The translations under genes and the position numbers were made by a program. Shown one piece after another: positions 18,435 to 25,703 of a stretch of 33,231 nt of DNA. Below the pieces are notes generated by a model that saw only the letters and a program-made list of their open reading frames with translations, was not told the DNA's origin and ran no database searches. Source of the stretch: Candidatus Nealsonbacteria bacterium. Its GTDB lineage: Bacteria; Patescibacteriota; Minisyncoccia; Minisyncoccales; PWPS01. Position 1 is the stretch's first letter. Each line of letters begins with the position of its first letter. The stretch spans positions 1-33,231 of the forward strand of contig PWII01000060.1 in NCBI GenBank assembly GCA_003561025.1, given 5' to 3'.

Positions 18435-18466
18435 ATTTTAGATTTTTATTTTAGACAATCTAAAAT
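18435..18466. repeat. Octamer ATTTTAGA present three times (two direct copies, one inverted)
   Basis: Copies at 18435-18442, 18448-18455 and, inverted as TCTAAAAT, 18459-18466. Positions 18448-18466 form an 8-3-8 palindrome ending 10 nt before the xer ATG. Confidence 0.8.
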
Positions 18467-18476
18467 CAATCTATTT

Positions 18477-19433
18477 ATGAAAAAAGAAAATTCGCCTATT
18501 ATTGAAAATATACCTCGCTTTTTTGAATTTTTGGATATAGAAAAAGGTGTCTCTAATAAGACTCAGGAGACCTATTCAAGGTTCTTAAAAAGCTTTATAC
18601 TTTTCTTGGAAGAAAATAATCTAAGAGACTTAAAGCCACATCAGCTAACCGATGAGCATGTTTGGAAATATCGTGTCTATCTTTCAAAAAGATTAAATAA
18701 GAGAAAAGGAGAACCAATCACAAAGCGAACTCGGAATTATTATCTGATTGCACTAAGGGCGCTCTTAAATTATTTTGCAGATAGAAATATCCAATCACTT
18801 CCCTCGGAAAAAGTAAAGCTTGCCAAAGAGTCTAAAGAAAAGACTGTAAAGTTTCTTGATTTAAAGCAGATAGAAAAGCTTCTTCTTACTCCAAACAATA
18901 AGACAAAAACTGGCCTGCGAGACCGTGCAATACTGGAAACCTTTTTCTCTACAGGGCTCAGGGTCGCCGAGCTTGTTAGCTTAAATCGTGAACAGATAAA
19001 GATAAGAGAAAAGCCAGAAACTCTTGAAGTTTCAATAATCGGTAAGGGTGGGCATCCTAGAATTGTCTATTTTTCAGAACGTACTGTCAGGGCGATTTAT
19101 AATTATCTAAAAAAGAGAAAGGATAAAGAAAAAGCACTATTTATAAGGTATCGTGGTCCAAAAGACGCTTCTTTAAGAATAACTCCTAGATCTGTAGAGA
19201 GTATCGTTAAAAAATATGTAAAAAAGGCCGGATTACCCCTAACAACAACGCCACACACCCTAAGACACTCTTATGCTACCGATCTCTTGGCACAAGGAGT
19301 CGATTTGAGACTTATTCAAGAGTTTTTAGGTCATAGAAATATAGCCACAACACAGATATATACTCATATCACGAGTCAAAAATTAAGAGAAGTTCATCAA
19401 AAATTTCATAGTGGAAAAGAGATGAAAGAATAA
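18477..19433 (+). CDS. Tyrosine recombinase, XerC/XerD family
   Basis: A core-binding N-terminal domain plus catalytic residues in GLRVAEL, HTLRHSYATDLL and LGHRNIATTQIYTH. I cannot tell XerC from XerD from sequence alone. Confidence 0.9.
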   Translation: MKKENSPIIENIPRFFEFLDIEKGVSNKTQETYSRFLKSFILFLEENNLRDLKPHQLTDEHVWKYRVYLSKRLNKRKGEPITKRTRNYYLIALRALLNYFADRNIQSLPSEKVKLAKESKEKTVKFLDLKQIEKLLLTPNNKTKTGLRDRAILETFFSTGLRVAELVSLNREQIKIREKPETLEVSIIGKGGHPRIVYFSERTVRAIYNYLKKRKDKEKALFIRYRGPKDASLRITPRSVESIVKKYVKKAGLPLTTTPHTLRHSYATDLLAQGVDLRLIQEFLGHRNIATTQIYTHITSQKLREVHQKFHSGKEMKE

Positions 19434-19450
19434 ACTCCTCCCCCACCTCC

Positions 19451-19500
19451 CCTCTCGTACACCCCCGGGGTGTACGAGGGGTAATTTGTTGTATTGTTTG
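19451..19500 (+). terminator. GC-rich 15-bp hairpin terminator downstream of the xer gene
   Basis: 19451-19465 (CCTCTCGTACACCCC) pairs with 19467-19481 (GGGGTGTACGAGGGG) with one G-T wobble. It is followed by the T-rich TAATTTGTTGTATTGTTTG and lies between convergent genes. Confidence 0.7.
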
Positions 19501-19529
19501 ACAGAAATAAAAAAATAGTTTATAGAAAA

Positions 19530-19715
19530 CTATTCCAAGAGTTCATTAATCTCTTCTTCAGAAAATATCTCTTCAAAAATAAGAGGATCTTTTTCCTCTA
19601 ATCTTGCTACTATAAAGCCGATAGAAAATGAAAAACTGGAAACTAGTAAGAGAAGAATAAGATACAAGATGTTCGTGTAATTTTCTTTGACAAAATTTTT
19701 TATTTTTGGTATCAT
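19530..19715 (-). CDS. Hypothetical small membrane protein (61 aa)
   Basis: ATG at 19715. One TM helix (ILYLILLLLVSSFSFSIGFIVA) and an acidic tail. Divergent from rpmA, with no recognisable RBS. Confidence 0.4.
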   Translation of the reverse strand: MIPKIKNFVKENYTNILYLILLLLVSSFSFSIGFIVARLEEKDPLIFEEIFSEEEINELLE

Positions 19716-19760
19716 TTTGGTTGTCTTTTGAGATATAAAAATAGTAAATAGGAAAAAAGT

Positions 19761-20033
19761 ATGGCTACAACAAAATCATCCGGTACAGTCAAGACTGGTA
19801 GAGATTCAAAACCAAAGTATCTTGGGGTTAAGCTTTATGGTGGACAAAAAGTTAAAGTTGGCGAAGTAATTATCAGACAGCGAGGAACAAAGTTTATTTT
19901 GGGTAAAAACGTCAAAAAAGGTAGAGATGATACCATTTACGCAATAAAAGAAGGAGTTGTCAGTTTTTCTACCAGAAACAAGACTCGCTATGACGGAAGA
20001 AAGAAAAGAGTTAAGGTCGTTAGCGTTTTATAG
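19761..20033 (+). CDS. rpmA: 50S ribosomal protein L27
   Basis: GRDSKPKYLGVKLYGGQKV...IIRQRGTKF core. AGGA lies 7-10 nt upstream of the ATG. Confidence 0.95.
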   Translation: MATTKSSGTVKTGRDSKPKYLGVKLYGGQKVKVGEVIIRQRGTKFILGKNVKKGRDDTIYAIKEGVVSFSTRNKTRYDGRKKRVKVVSVL

Positions 20034-21648
20034 CGATATCTACAAAATAATTAAAGATAGGATGTCCGGTAAGCGGTTTTGACTTTAATTCCGGATGAAA
20101 TTGCACTCCAAAATAAAAAGGGTGCTTTTTTATTTCGATAATCTCTACTAAGTCGTGTTGCGGATTTACTCCTGAAATAGTTAGGCCATTTTCTTCCAGT
20201 ATCGGCCTAAAATAGTTATTTACTTCAAATCGATGACGGTGTCTTTCGCTAATATCTCTTTTTTTATAAATTTTTTGGGCAACTGTTTTTGAAGCTATTT
20301 TACACTCGTATGCCCCAAGGCGCATCGTTCCACCGTATCTATTATTCTTTAGAAGCTCCTTTTGATCTTCCATTACGTCAATTACAGGATGACTACACTT
20401 TTTAGAAAACTCGGTTGAATTTGCATCTTTTAATTTACAGACATTTCTTGCAAATTCAATGACGGCAATCTGCATACCGAGACAGAGGCCTAAAAAAGGT
20501 ATCTTTTTTTCTCTGCAGAAATTTGCCGCAATAATTTTTCCCTCTACTCCCCTATCTCCAAATCCTCCGGGGACAATGACTCCGTCATAATGCGATAGTT
20601 CTTCTACTTTCTTTTTATTTTTTTCGTATTTTTCAGAATTAATCCATGATATCTCCTCTTTGCTGTTGTTTTTCCAACAAGCATGCCTAATTGCCTCAAT
20701 AACGGATATATAGGAGTCTGTTAGTACAAAGTCCCCTGTCTCAAAGTATTTACCGACAATCGCTATTTTTACTCTTTTTTTTGCGTTATTTTTCTTTTCA
20801 ATGAAATTTTTCCACTCAGATAGTCCTTCTCTCTTTCTTTTAACACTTTTTCCGACTTTTTTTAGGATTCTTTCACCCATTTTCTCCTTTTCAAAAAGGA
20901 GCGGAACATCATAAATTGAATCTGTGTCGGGGGCAGAGATTACATCTTCCGGATCAATATTACAAAAAGTTGAAATCTTTCTCTTTCTTATATTATCAAT
21001 CGGCATTGATGATCTTCCTACTATGATATCCGGTTGAATGCCTGCTTCATTTAGAAGACGGCTTGCGCTTTGTGTCGGTTTTGTCTTCATCTCGCCAATC
21101 GTCTTTGGAATAGGCAGATAACTTACTAAAACCACAAGGACACTTGATGGATTTTTGAGCTTCATCATTCTCGCAGCCTCTAAAAATAGAAGATTTTGAT
21201 ACTCCCCTATTGTTCCGCCGATTTCAATTAAAACAAAATCAGAGTCAGTCACCGCTCCCGCTCTCTTTATTCTGGATATAACTTCATTTGGAATATGGGG
21301 AACAACCTCAACACATTTTCCGTTGTATTCAAGATTTCTCTCCTTATTTATTACGGTCTGATAGACCTTTCCGGTAGTTAAGTAGTTGTCTTTTGTTAAA
21401 TCTTCTCCGGAAAATCTTTCATAATTACCGATATCTTGATCACATTCTGCACCGTCATCTGTTACAAATACTTCTCCGTGTTCCGTGGGGCTCATTGTAC
21501 CAGCATCAACATTGACATACGGATCTATCTTCATTGCCGTAGCGCTAAAACCTTTTGATTTAAGGATGCGTAAAATAGAAGATGTTGTAATCCCCTTCCC
21601 TATTCCCGACATTACCCCACCAACGACAAAGATATATTTTCTATCCAT
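20020..21648 (-). CDS. pyrG: CTP synthase
   Basis: N-terminal synthetase domain (IFVVGGVMSGIGKG) and glutaminase domain (GLCLGMQ, HRHRFEVN). Length 542 aa. Confidence 0.97.
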   Translation of the reverse strand: MDRKYIFVVGGVMSGIGKGITTSSILRILKSKGFSATAMKIDPYVNVDAGTMSPTEHGEVFVTDDGAECDQDIGNYERFSGEDLTKDNYLTTGKVYQTVINKERNLEYNGKCVEVVPHIPNEVISRIKRAGAVTDSDFVLIEIGGTIGEYQNLLFLEAARMMKLKNPSSVLVVLVSYLPIPKTIGEMKTKPTQSASRLLNEAGIQPDIIVGRSSMPIDNIRKRKISTFCNIDPEDVISAPDTDSIYDVPLLFEKEKMGERILKKVGKSVKRKREGLSEWKNFIEKKNNAKKRVKIAIVGKYFETGDFVLTDSYISVIEAIRHACWKNNSKEEISWINSEKYEKNKKKVEELSHYDGVIVPGGFGDRGVEGKIIAANFCREKKIPFLGLCLGMQIAVIEFARNVCKLKDANSTEFSKKCSHPVIDVMEDQKELLKNNRYGGTMRLGAYECKIASKTVAQKIYKKRDISERHRHRFEVNNYFRPILEENGLTISGVNPQHDLVEIIEIKKHPFYFGVQFHPELKSKPLTGHPIFNYFVDIAIKR

Positions 21649-21653
21649 TTTAG

Positions 21654-22100
21654 TTATTTTTCTTTAACAACAGATAGCTTAATTTCAGAAGCTATATCTT
21701 CTTTAAATTTTACTTTGACGGAATGTTCTCCAAGATCTTTAATCGGTTTATCTAATTCAATTTGATCTTTTCTGACCTCAAAACCTTTTTTACCCAGCTC
21801 TTCTGCAATCTTTTGTGCAGAAATAGATTCAAATAGCTGCTCTTTTTCACCAACATTTACACCAATCTCCAAAATAAGCCCATCTATTTTTTTCGCATTC
21901 TCTTTTAGTTTTTTTAGCTCCTCCTCTCTCCTCCTTTCTTCCTTTTCTTTTTCTGTCTTTAGTCGATTAATTTCCTTTTCTGTCGCAATTTTTGCTAAAT
22001 TATTCTTAAGTAAAAAGTTTCTTCCGTATCCATCAGAAACATCCTTAATCTCAAATTTTTTACCAAGATTCTTTACATCCTTTAATAAAATTATTTTCAT
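21654..22100 (-). CDS. rplI: 50S ribosomal protein L9
   Basis: [32 protein letters not shown]-terminal domain, a long charged helix and a C-terminal domain. Confidence 0.9.
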   Translation of the reverse strand: MKIILLKDVKNLGKKFEIKDVSDGYGRNFLLKNNLAKIATEKEINRLKTEKEKEERRREEELKKLKENAKKIDGLILEIGVNVGEKEQLFESISAQKIAEELGKKGFEVRKDQIELDKPIKDLGEHSVKVKFKEDIASEIKLSVVKEK

Positions 22101-22201
22101 ATTTTTAATAGTTATATTGTTTTTTTGAATTAAGAATAGATTATTATCGTTTAATTCTGTAGCAGTTTTTCTTGTAATTTTTCAGAACAAAATCAAATAA
22201 A

Positions 22202-23383
22202 TTACTGGCTTTCCTCTTTTATCACTTCTATTGCTTTTTCAAGCTGAGGATCTTCTTCCCTTTCTATGTCTTCTTCAGTTATCTCTATCTTTATGTCGGG
22301 CACAAGACCTTCTTCATTAATTGCATTTCTGTTTGGGGTAAGAAAATACTCTTCTGTTATTTTTAATGTTGAGCCGTCTTTTAGGTCATGTATCGCCTGA
22401 ATTGAGCCTTTTCCAAAAGATGGCATCCCAATCAATTTGGCGCCCTTGTTATCACGTAAGGCTCCGGCTAATATCTCTGCAGCAGAAGCACTTCCTTCAT
22501 TAATTAAAACAACAACAGGATAGTCTCTCAAAGTAGGTCTTGCGTCTCTTGCTCTGAGCAGATCCTGATCTTCATTTTGCGTTGCTTGAGTCTTAATTAC
22601 AACAACATCTCCCTTTTCAAGAAAATAGCTGGATATATTAACTGAGGTTCCCAAAAGGCCCCCGGGATTATTTCTCAAATCCAAAATAATCTTTTGGACA
22701 GGGCTTTCTACTATTTCACGTGAAATAGTAGAAAATTCTTGTGTAATGTTTCCATGAAAATGAAAAAGTTCAATATGAGCAATATTATCCTCAATTATCT
22801 GCCAAGAGAGCGAAGGAATTTTAATTACATCACGAACAATACTGACACTTCTTTTTTCTTCATTTCGATAAATTTCTAGAACTACCTCTTCTCCTCTCTG
22901 CCCTCTAATTTTTTGGACCGCCTCTTCAATCGTTATTCCTGTTGTTGACTCTCCGTCAATTTTGGTAATTACATCCATCGGCCTAAGCCCCGCTCTATCT
23001 GCAGGAGTATCTTTTAAGGGAGAAATTACCTTTAATTTATTTTCTCTGATACCTATCTCTATGCCGATTCCTTCAAATTCTCCCGAAACATCATCTAAGA
23101 AGATTTTACTCTGCTCTTTGTCAAAGAAACTGGTGTGGGCGTCGCCTAGTGAGTTTACAAAACCTCTAATTATTCCGTGAATTTTTTCTTTCTCACTAAC
23201 CTCTTCAAATCCCGGAAAATTTTCTTGCAAAAGATAATATGCCTCTGTAAAAAGAGAAAAATCCAGTTCAGCGGAAGGATTTACAAAAACTCTCTCTTTT
23301 TGCCCAAAATAAAAACCGGAGATAAAAATTATTACTCCAAAAAAAGAAAATATAAGAAATTTTATAAAACCTGATGCTTTCAT
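22202..23383 (-). CDS. ctpA: Carboxy-terminal processing protease (peptidase S41)
   Basis: TM anchor, PDZ domain (PADRAGLRPMDVITKIDGEST), catalytic region VLINEGSASAAEILAGALRD and GKGSIQ. The track start at 23419 is a TTG. The first ATG is at 23383. Confidence 0.9.
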   Translation of the reverse strand: MKASGFIKFLIFSFFGVIIFISGFYFGQKERVFVNPSAELDFSLFTEAYYLLQENFPGFEEVSEKEKIHGIIRGFVNSLGDAHTSFFDKEQSKIFLDDVSGEFEGIGIEIGIRENKLKVISPLKDTPADRAGLRPMDVITKIDGESTTGITIEEAVQKIRGQRGEEVVLEIYRNEEKRSVSIVRDVIKIPSLSWQIIEDNIAHIELFHFHGNITQEFSTISREIVESPVQKIILDLRNNPGGLLGTSVNISSYFLEKGDVVVIKTQATQNEDQDLLRARDARPTLRDYPVVVLINEGSASAAEILAGALRDNKGAKLIGMPSFGKGSIQAIHDLKDGSTLKITEEYFLTPNRNAINEEGLVPDIKIEITEEDIEREEDPQLEKAIEVIKEESQ

Positions 23384-23435
23384 CGAAAACAATATATCAC
23401 AAAATCGAAAGAATGACAAATTAGAAAGATGACAA

Positions 23436-23954
23436 TTAATCGTATCTTTTTGCCTTAAAAAAATAGATATCTACCTTTTCCAAATTAGGATCTATTCCAC
23501 CTTTTTGACAAGCAATAGAGAACTGTTCTTCCGGACTATCTATTCCGGGTAAGTCAGGAAGGAGAAGAGAGCTTTTTTTAAGGTCTGTTTTTAGCAGAAT
23601 GCCGTATCTTTTCGGATCAAGATTTGATATCTCTTTAATTAGTTGAGGTTTTTCCAGTATATATACGGAATATTTCAGATTAGGCAAGTCACTTTTTTTT
23701 ATTTCCGGAAACCTCCCATCTCTTGTAGCTGCTGATATCGCATTATCAATAATCTCTTCTGCAATATTTTCTTTTGCAGGAAGATATGTTCCGATACAAC
23801 CTCTTAGATGACCCTCTTTTGAAAGAATACTAACAAAAACAGCCCCCCTCTCTGTCAAGAGATCTTTGTATCTTTCTTTGTCAGGCTTAATTACAATCTT
23901 ATCTTTTATAAATTTTTCAACTGCACTTTTGGCAAGCTCTACATATCTATTCAT
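23436..23954 (-). CDS. amrA: AMMECR1-domain protein (AmmeMemoRadiSam system protein A)
   Basis: Hallmark LRGCIGTYLP motif, 172 aa, overlapping the upstream gene by 8 nt. Confidence 0.9.
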   Translation of the reverse strand: MNRYVELAKSAVEKFIKDKIVIKPDKERYKDLLTERGAVFVSILSKEGHLRGCIGTYLPAKENIAEEIIDNAISAATRDGRFPEIKKSDLPNLKYSVYILEKPQLIKEISNLDPKRYGILLKTDLKKSSLLLPDLPGIDSPEEQFSIACQKGGIDPNLEKVDIYFFKAKRYD

Positions 23955-24570
23955 ATATTTTAAAATTAACCGTAAGATATCCTACTCCAAAAGGATACTG
24001 ATATGCTAGTACTTCAGGATTATATTTTTTTTCTGAAGCCTCTAGTACTCCTAAAAGGAATAAGATTGGTCTTAGACCGCATTCTAGAGCCTCTGGGAAG
24101 AGATTATCTAGCCTTGTAAGAGTATCAACATCCTTATCATTTAATGACTTAATTAACATTTTATCAAAACTTGGACCATCATGATGAAAGCCGTAAGGGC
24201 CATTCTCTCTTAGGCAGTGTGAAGTATCTCCGGAAGCAATAAGAGCTATCTCATCACTATTATCTTCTAATTCTGAAAGATAATACCTTTTTCCTTTTAA
24301 AAACTCTTCTTTAAGGTCACCTGAGCCTATTAATATTTTGTCAATTTTTCCATTAAAGTTTTTTGCAAGATAAAATAGAGGAACAGAAAAGCCCCAATCA
24401 TCGTGAGGTGAAGAGATAATAATTTTATCAACTTCTTTACTCTCTAACTCTTTTCTTAAAAAAGAGAGAGCATCTATCGTATCACTCAGCTTCTTCCTCT
24501 CTTCTTTTTTGGATACAGAAGGGAGGAGGAGCGGTGGATGTGGTGCAATACAGGCAAATTTAATAGACAT
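23947..24570 (-). CDS. Memo/LigB-superfamily protein (AmmeMemoRadiSam protein B position; class III extradiol dioxygenase subunit B-like, short form)
   Basis: 207 aa with FACIAPHPPLLLP, IIISSPHDD and IASGDTSHCL metal-site-like motifs. It sits between the radical SAM and AMMECR1 genes. Confidence 0.75.
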   Translation of the reverse strand: MSIKFACIAPHPPLLLPSVSKKEERKKLSDTIDALSFLRKELESKEVDKIIISSPHDDWGFSVPLFYLAKNFNGKIDKILIGSGDLKEEFLKGKRYYLSELEDNSDEIALIASGDTSHCLRENGPYGFHHDGPSFDKMLIKSLNDKDVDTLTRLDNLFPEALECGLRPILFLLGVLEASEKKYNPEVLAYQYPFGVGYLTVNFKIYE

Positions 24571-24600
24571 CTTTTTGTGTATTGTGTATCACTTTAAATT

Positions 24601-25608
24601 TTATAATAACTCCATCTTATTGTTGCAGTCTGGACAAATTGAGTCTTTTGTAAGTATCTTAACATTGTAGCCACTTCTTTTTACAACTGTCTTTCCGCAA
24701 AAAGGACAGCTTGTATCTGAAAAGATTGCTTTTCCTGTGTTACCGACATAGATATAATTTAGACCCTCTTTTTTCCCGATATTATATGCATCTTCCAAGC
24801 TTTTAAGAGGAGTTTCTGGAATATCTTTTAGCTTCCATGAGATGGAGGGTGTAAATCTACTTATATGCCAAGGAGTATCTTTACCGAGTTTTCTCTTTAT
24901 AAAGCGAGCAATCTTTGTTAGATTATCTTTTTTGTCTGAGAGATTCGGAATAATTAAGGTGGTTATCTCTACCCATACACCTCTATCTTTTAACAGCTTT
25001 GCTGTTCTTAAAATTGGTAAAAGAGATGCATTACAATTTTTTTTATAAAAACTATTCGAAAAACTCTTTATATCAATATTTATAGCGTCAAGGTATGGTG
25101 CAATCATCTCTATAGTTTTCTTGGAGAGAAAACCATTAGAGACCCAGATATTTTTTAGATCCTTCTCTTTTGCAAGTTTCATCGTATCAATCGCATATTC
25201 TAGAAATATTGTCGGTTCGGTATAAGTATAAGAGAGCGAAGGCACCTTTTTTTGAAGAGCTATTTCAACAACCTTTTCTCCCTGAACCTCACCTTTAAGA
25301 GAAGAGATCTCTTCATATTCTTGTGACAATCTGAAGTTTTGACAATTCATACAGCGAAAATTACAGCCCGGAGTGGCCAAGGAGAGAGTCTTTGTCCCCG
25401 GCAAGAAATGGAATAAAGGTTTTTTTTCTATCGGATCAATATCCAGTGCGACTACCTTGTTGTAATTAAGAGCAAATAGCTTTCCGTTTTCGTTTTTTCG
25501 CATTCCGCAAAAACCTCTTCCTTGATTTGAAATAGTACAGAAGTGAGCACATGTTTTGCACCTTACTCTTTTATTTAATAGCTTTTTATAAAGATATGAT
25601 TCTTTCAT
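24601..25608 (-). CDS. amrS: AmmeMemoRadiSam system radical SAM enzyme
   Basis: CNFRCMNCQN (CxxxCxxC) motif, an N-terminal Cys cluster CKTCAHFC...FCGM and a C-terminal CPFC...CPDC ribbon. Co-located with AMMECR1 and the Memo-like gene. Confidence 0.9.
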   Translation of the reverse strand: MKESYLYKKLLNKRVRCKTCAHFCTISNQGRGFCGMRKNENGKLFALNYNKVVALDIDPIEKKPLFHFLPGTKTLSLATPGCNFRCMNCQNFRLSQEYEEISSLKGEVQGEKVVEIALQKKVPSLSYTYTEPTIFLEYAIDTMKLAKEKDLKNIWVSNGFLSKKTIEMIAPYLDAINIDIKSFSNSFYKKNCNASLLPILRTAKLLKDRGVWVEITTLIIPNLSDKKDNLTKIARFIKRKLGKDTPWHISRFTPSISWKLKDIPETPLKSLEDAYNIGKKEGLNYIYVGNTGKAIFSDTSCPFCGKTVVKRSGYNVKILTKDSICPDCNNKMELL

Positions 25609-25629
25609 ATTCTACTTTCTTAAATGGTA

Positions 25630-25657
25630 ATTGTAGCATAACACAAAGAGTTGATAA
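25630..25657 (-). promoter_or_regulatory. Possible promoter for the AmmeMemoRadiSam genes
   Basis: On the minus strand: TTATCA (25652-25657), 16-nt spacer, extended -10 TGcTACAAT (25630-25638). It lies 21 nt upstream of the radical SAM ATG. Confidence 0.4.
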
Positions 25658-25693
25658 CGAAAACTATTATCATTAGATATCTTTTTGTGTTAT
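25638..25693. repeat. 13-bp inverted repeat ATAACACAAAGAG / CTTTTTGTGTTAT with a 30-nt spacer
   Basis: Arms at 25638-25650 and 25681-25693 are complementary at 12 of 13 positions. One arm fills the spacer of the predicted promoter. A third near-copy lies at 24564-24580. Confidence 0.75.
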
Positions 25694-25703
25694 AGGATAT
25701 GAT

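Noticed and set aside
18084-19529. Reading the recombinase plus flanking non-coding DNA as a mobile element or integrated island
   Set aside because: There is only one gene. I found no terminal inverted or direct repeats bracketing it, no transposase, phage or cargo genes, and housekeeping genes lie immediately on both sides. The Xer-type housekeeping interpretation is simpler.
22101-22201. AT-rich inverted repeat GAATTAA...TTAATTC between the protease and rplI genes, as a possible terminator or sRNA
   Set aside because: The stem is 7 bp and contains a single G-C pair. In the direction of transcription (minus strand) it is followed by an A-run, not a U-run. I recognise no conserved RNA motif.
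25620-25673. 17-codon minus-strand mini-ORF (MIIVFVINSLCYATITI) ending 11 nt before the radical SAM gene, tempting as a peptide substrate or leader
   Set aside because: It is very short, has no RBS and overlaps the predicted promoter, so it would lie upstream of the likely transcription start. Open frames of this size are common by chance in AT-rich DNA. AmmeMemoRadiSam systems are not known to use a peptide. Revisit it only if it is conserved in orthologous loci.
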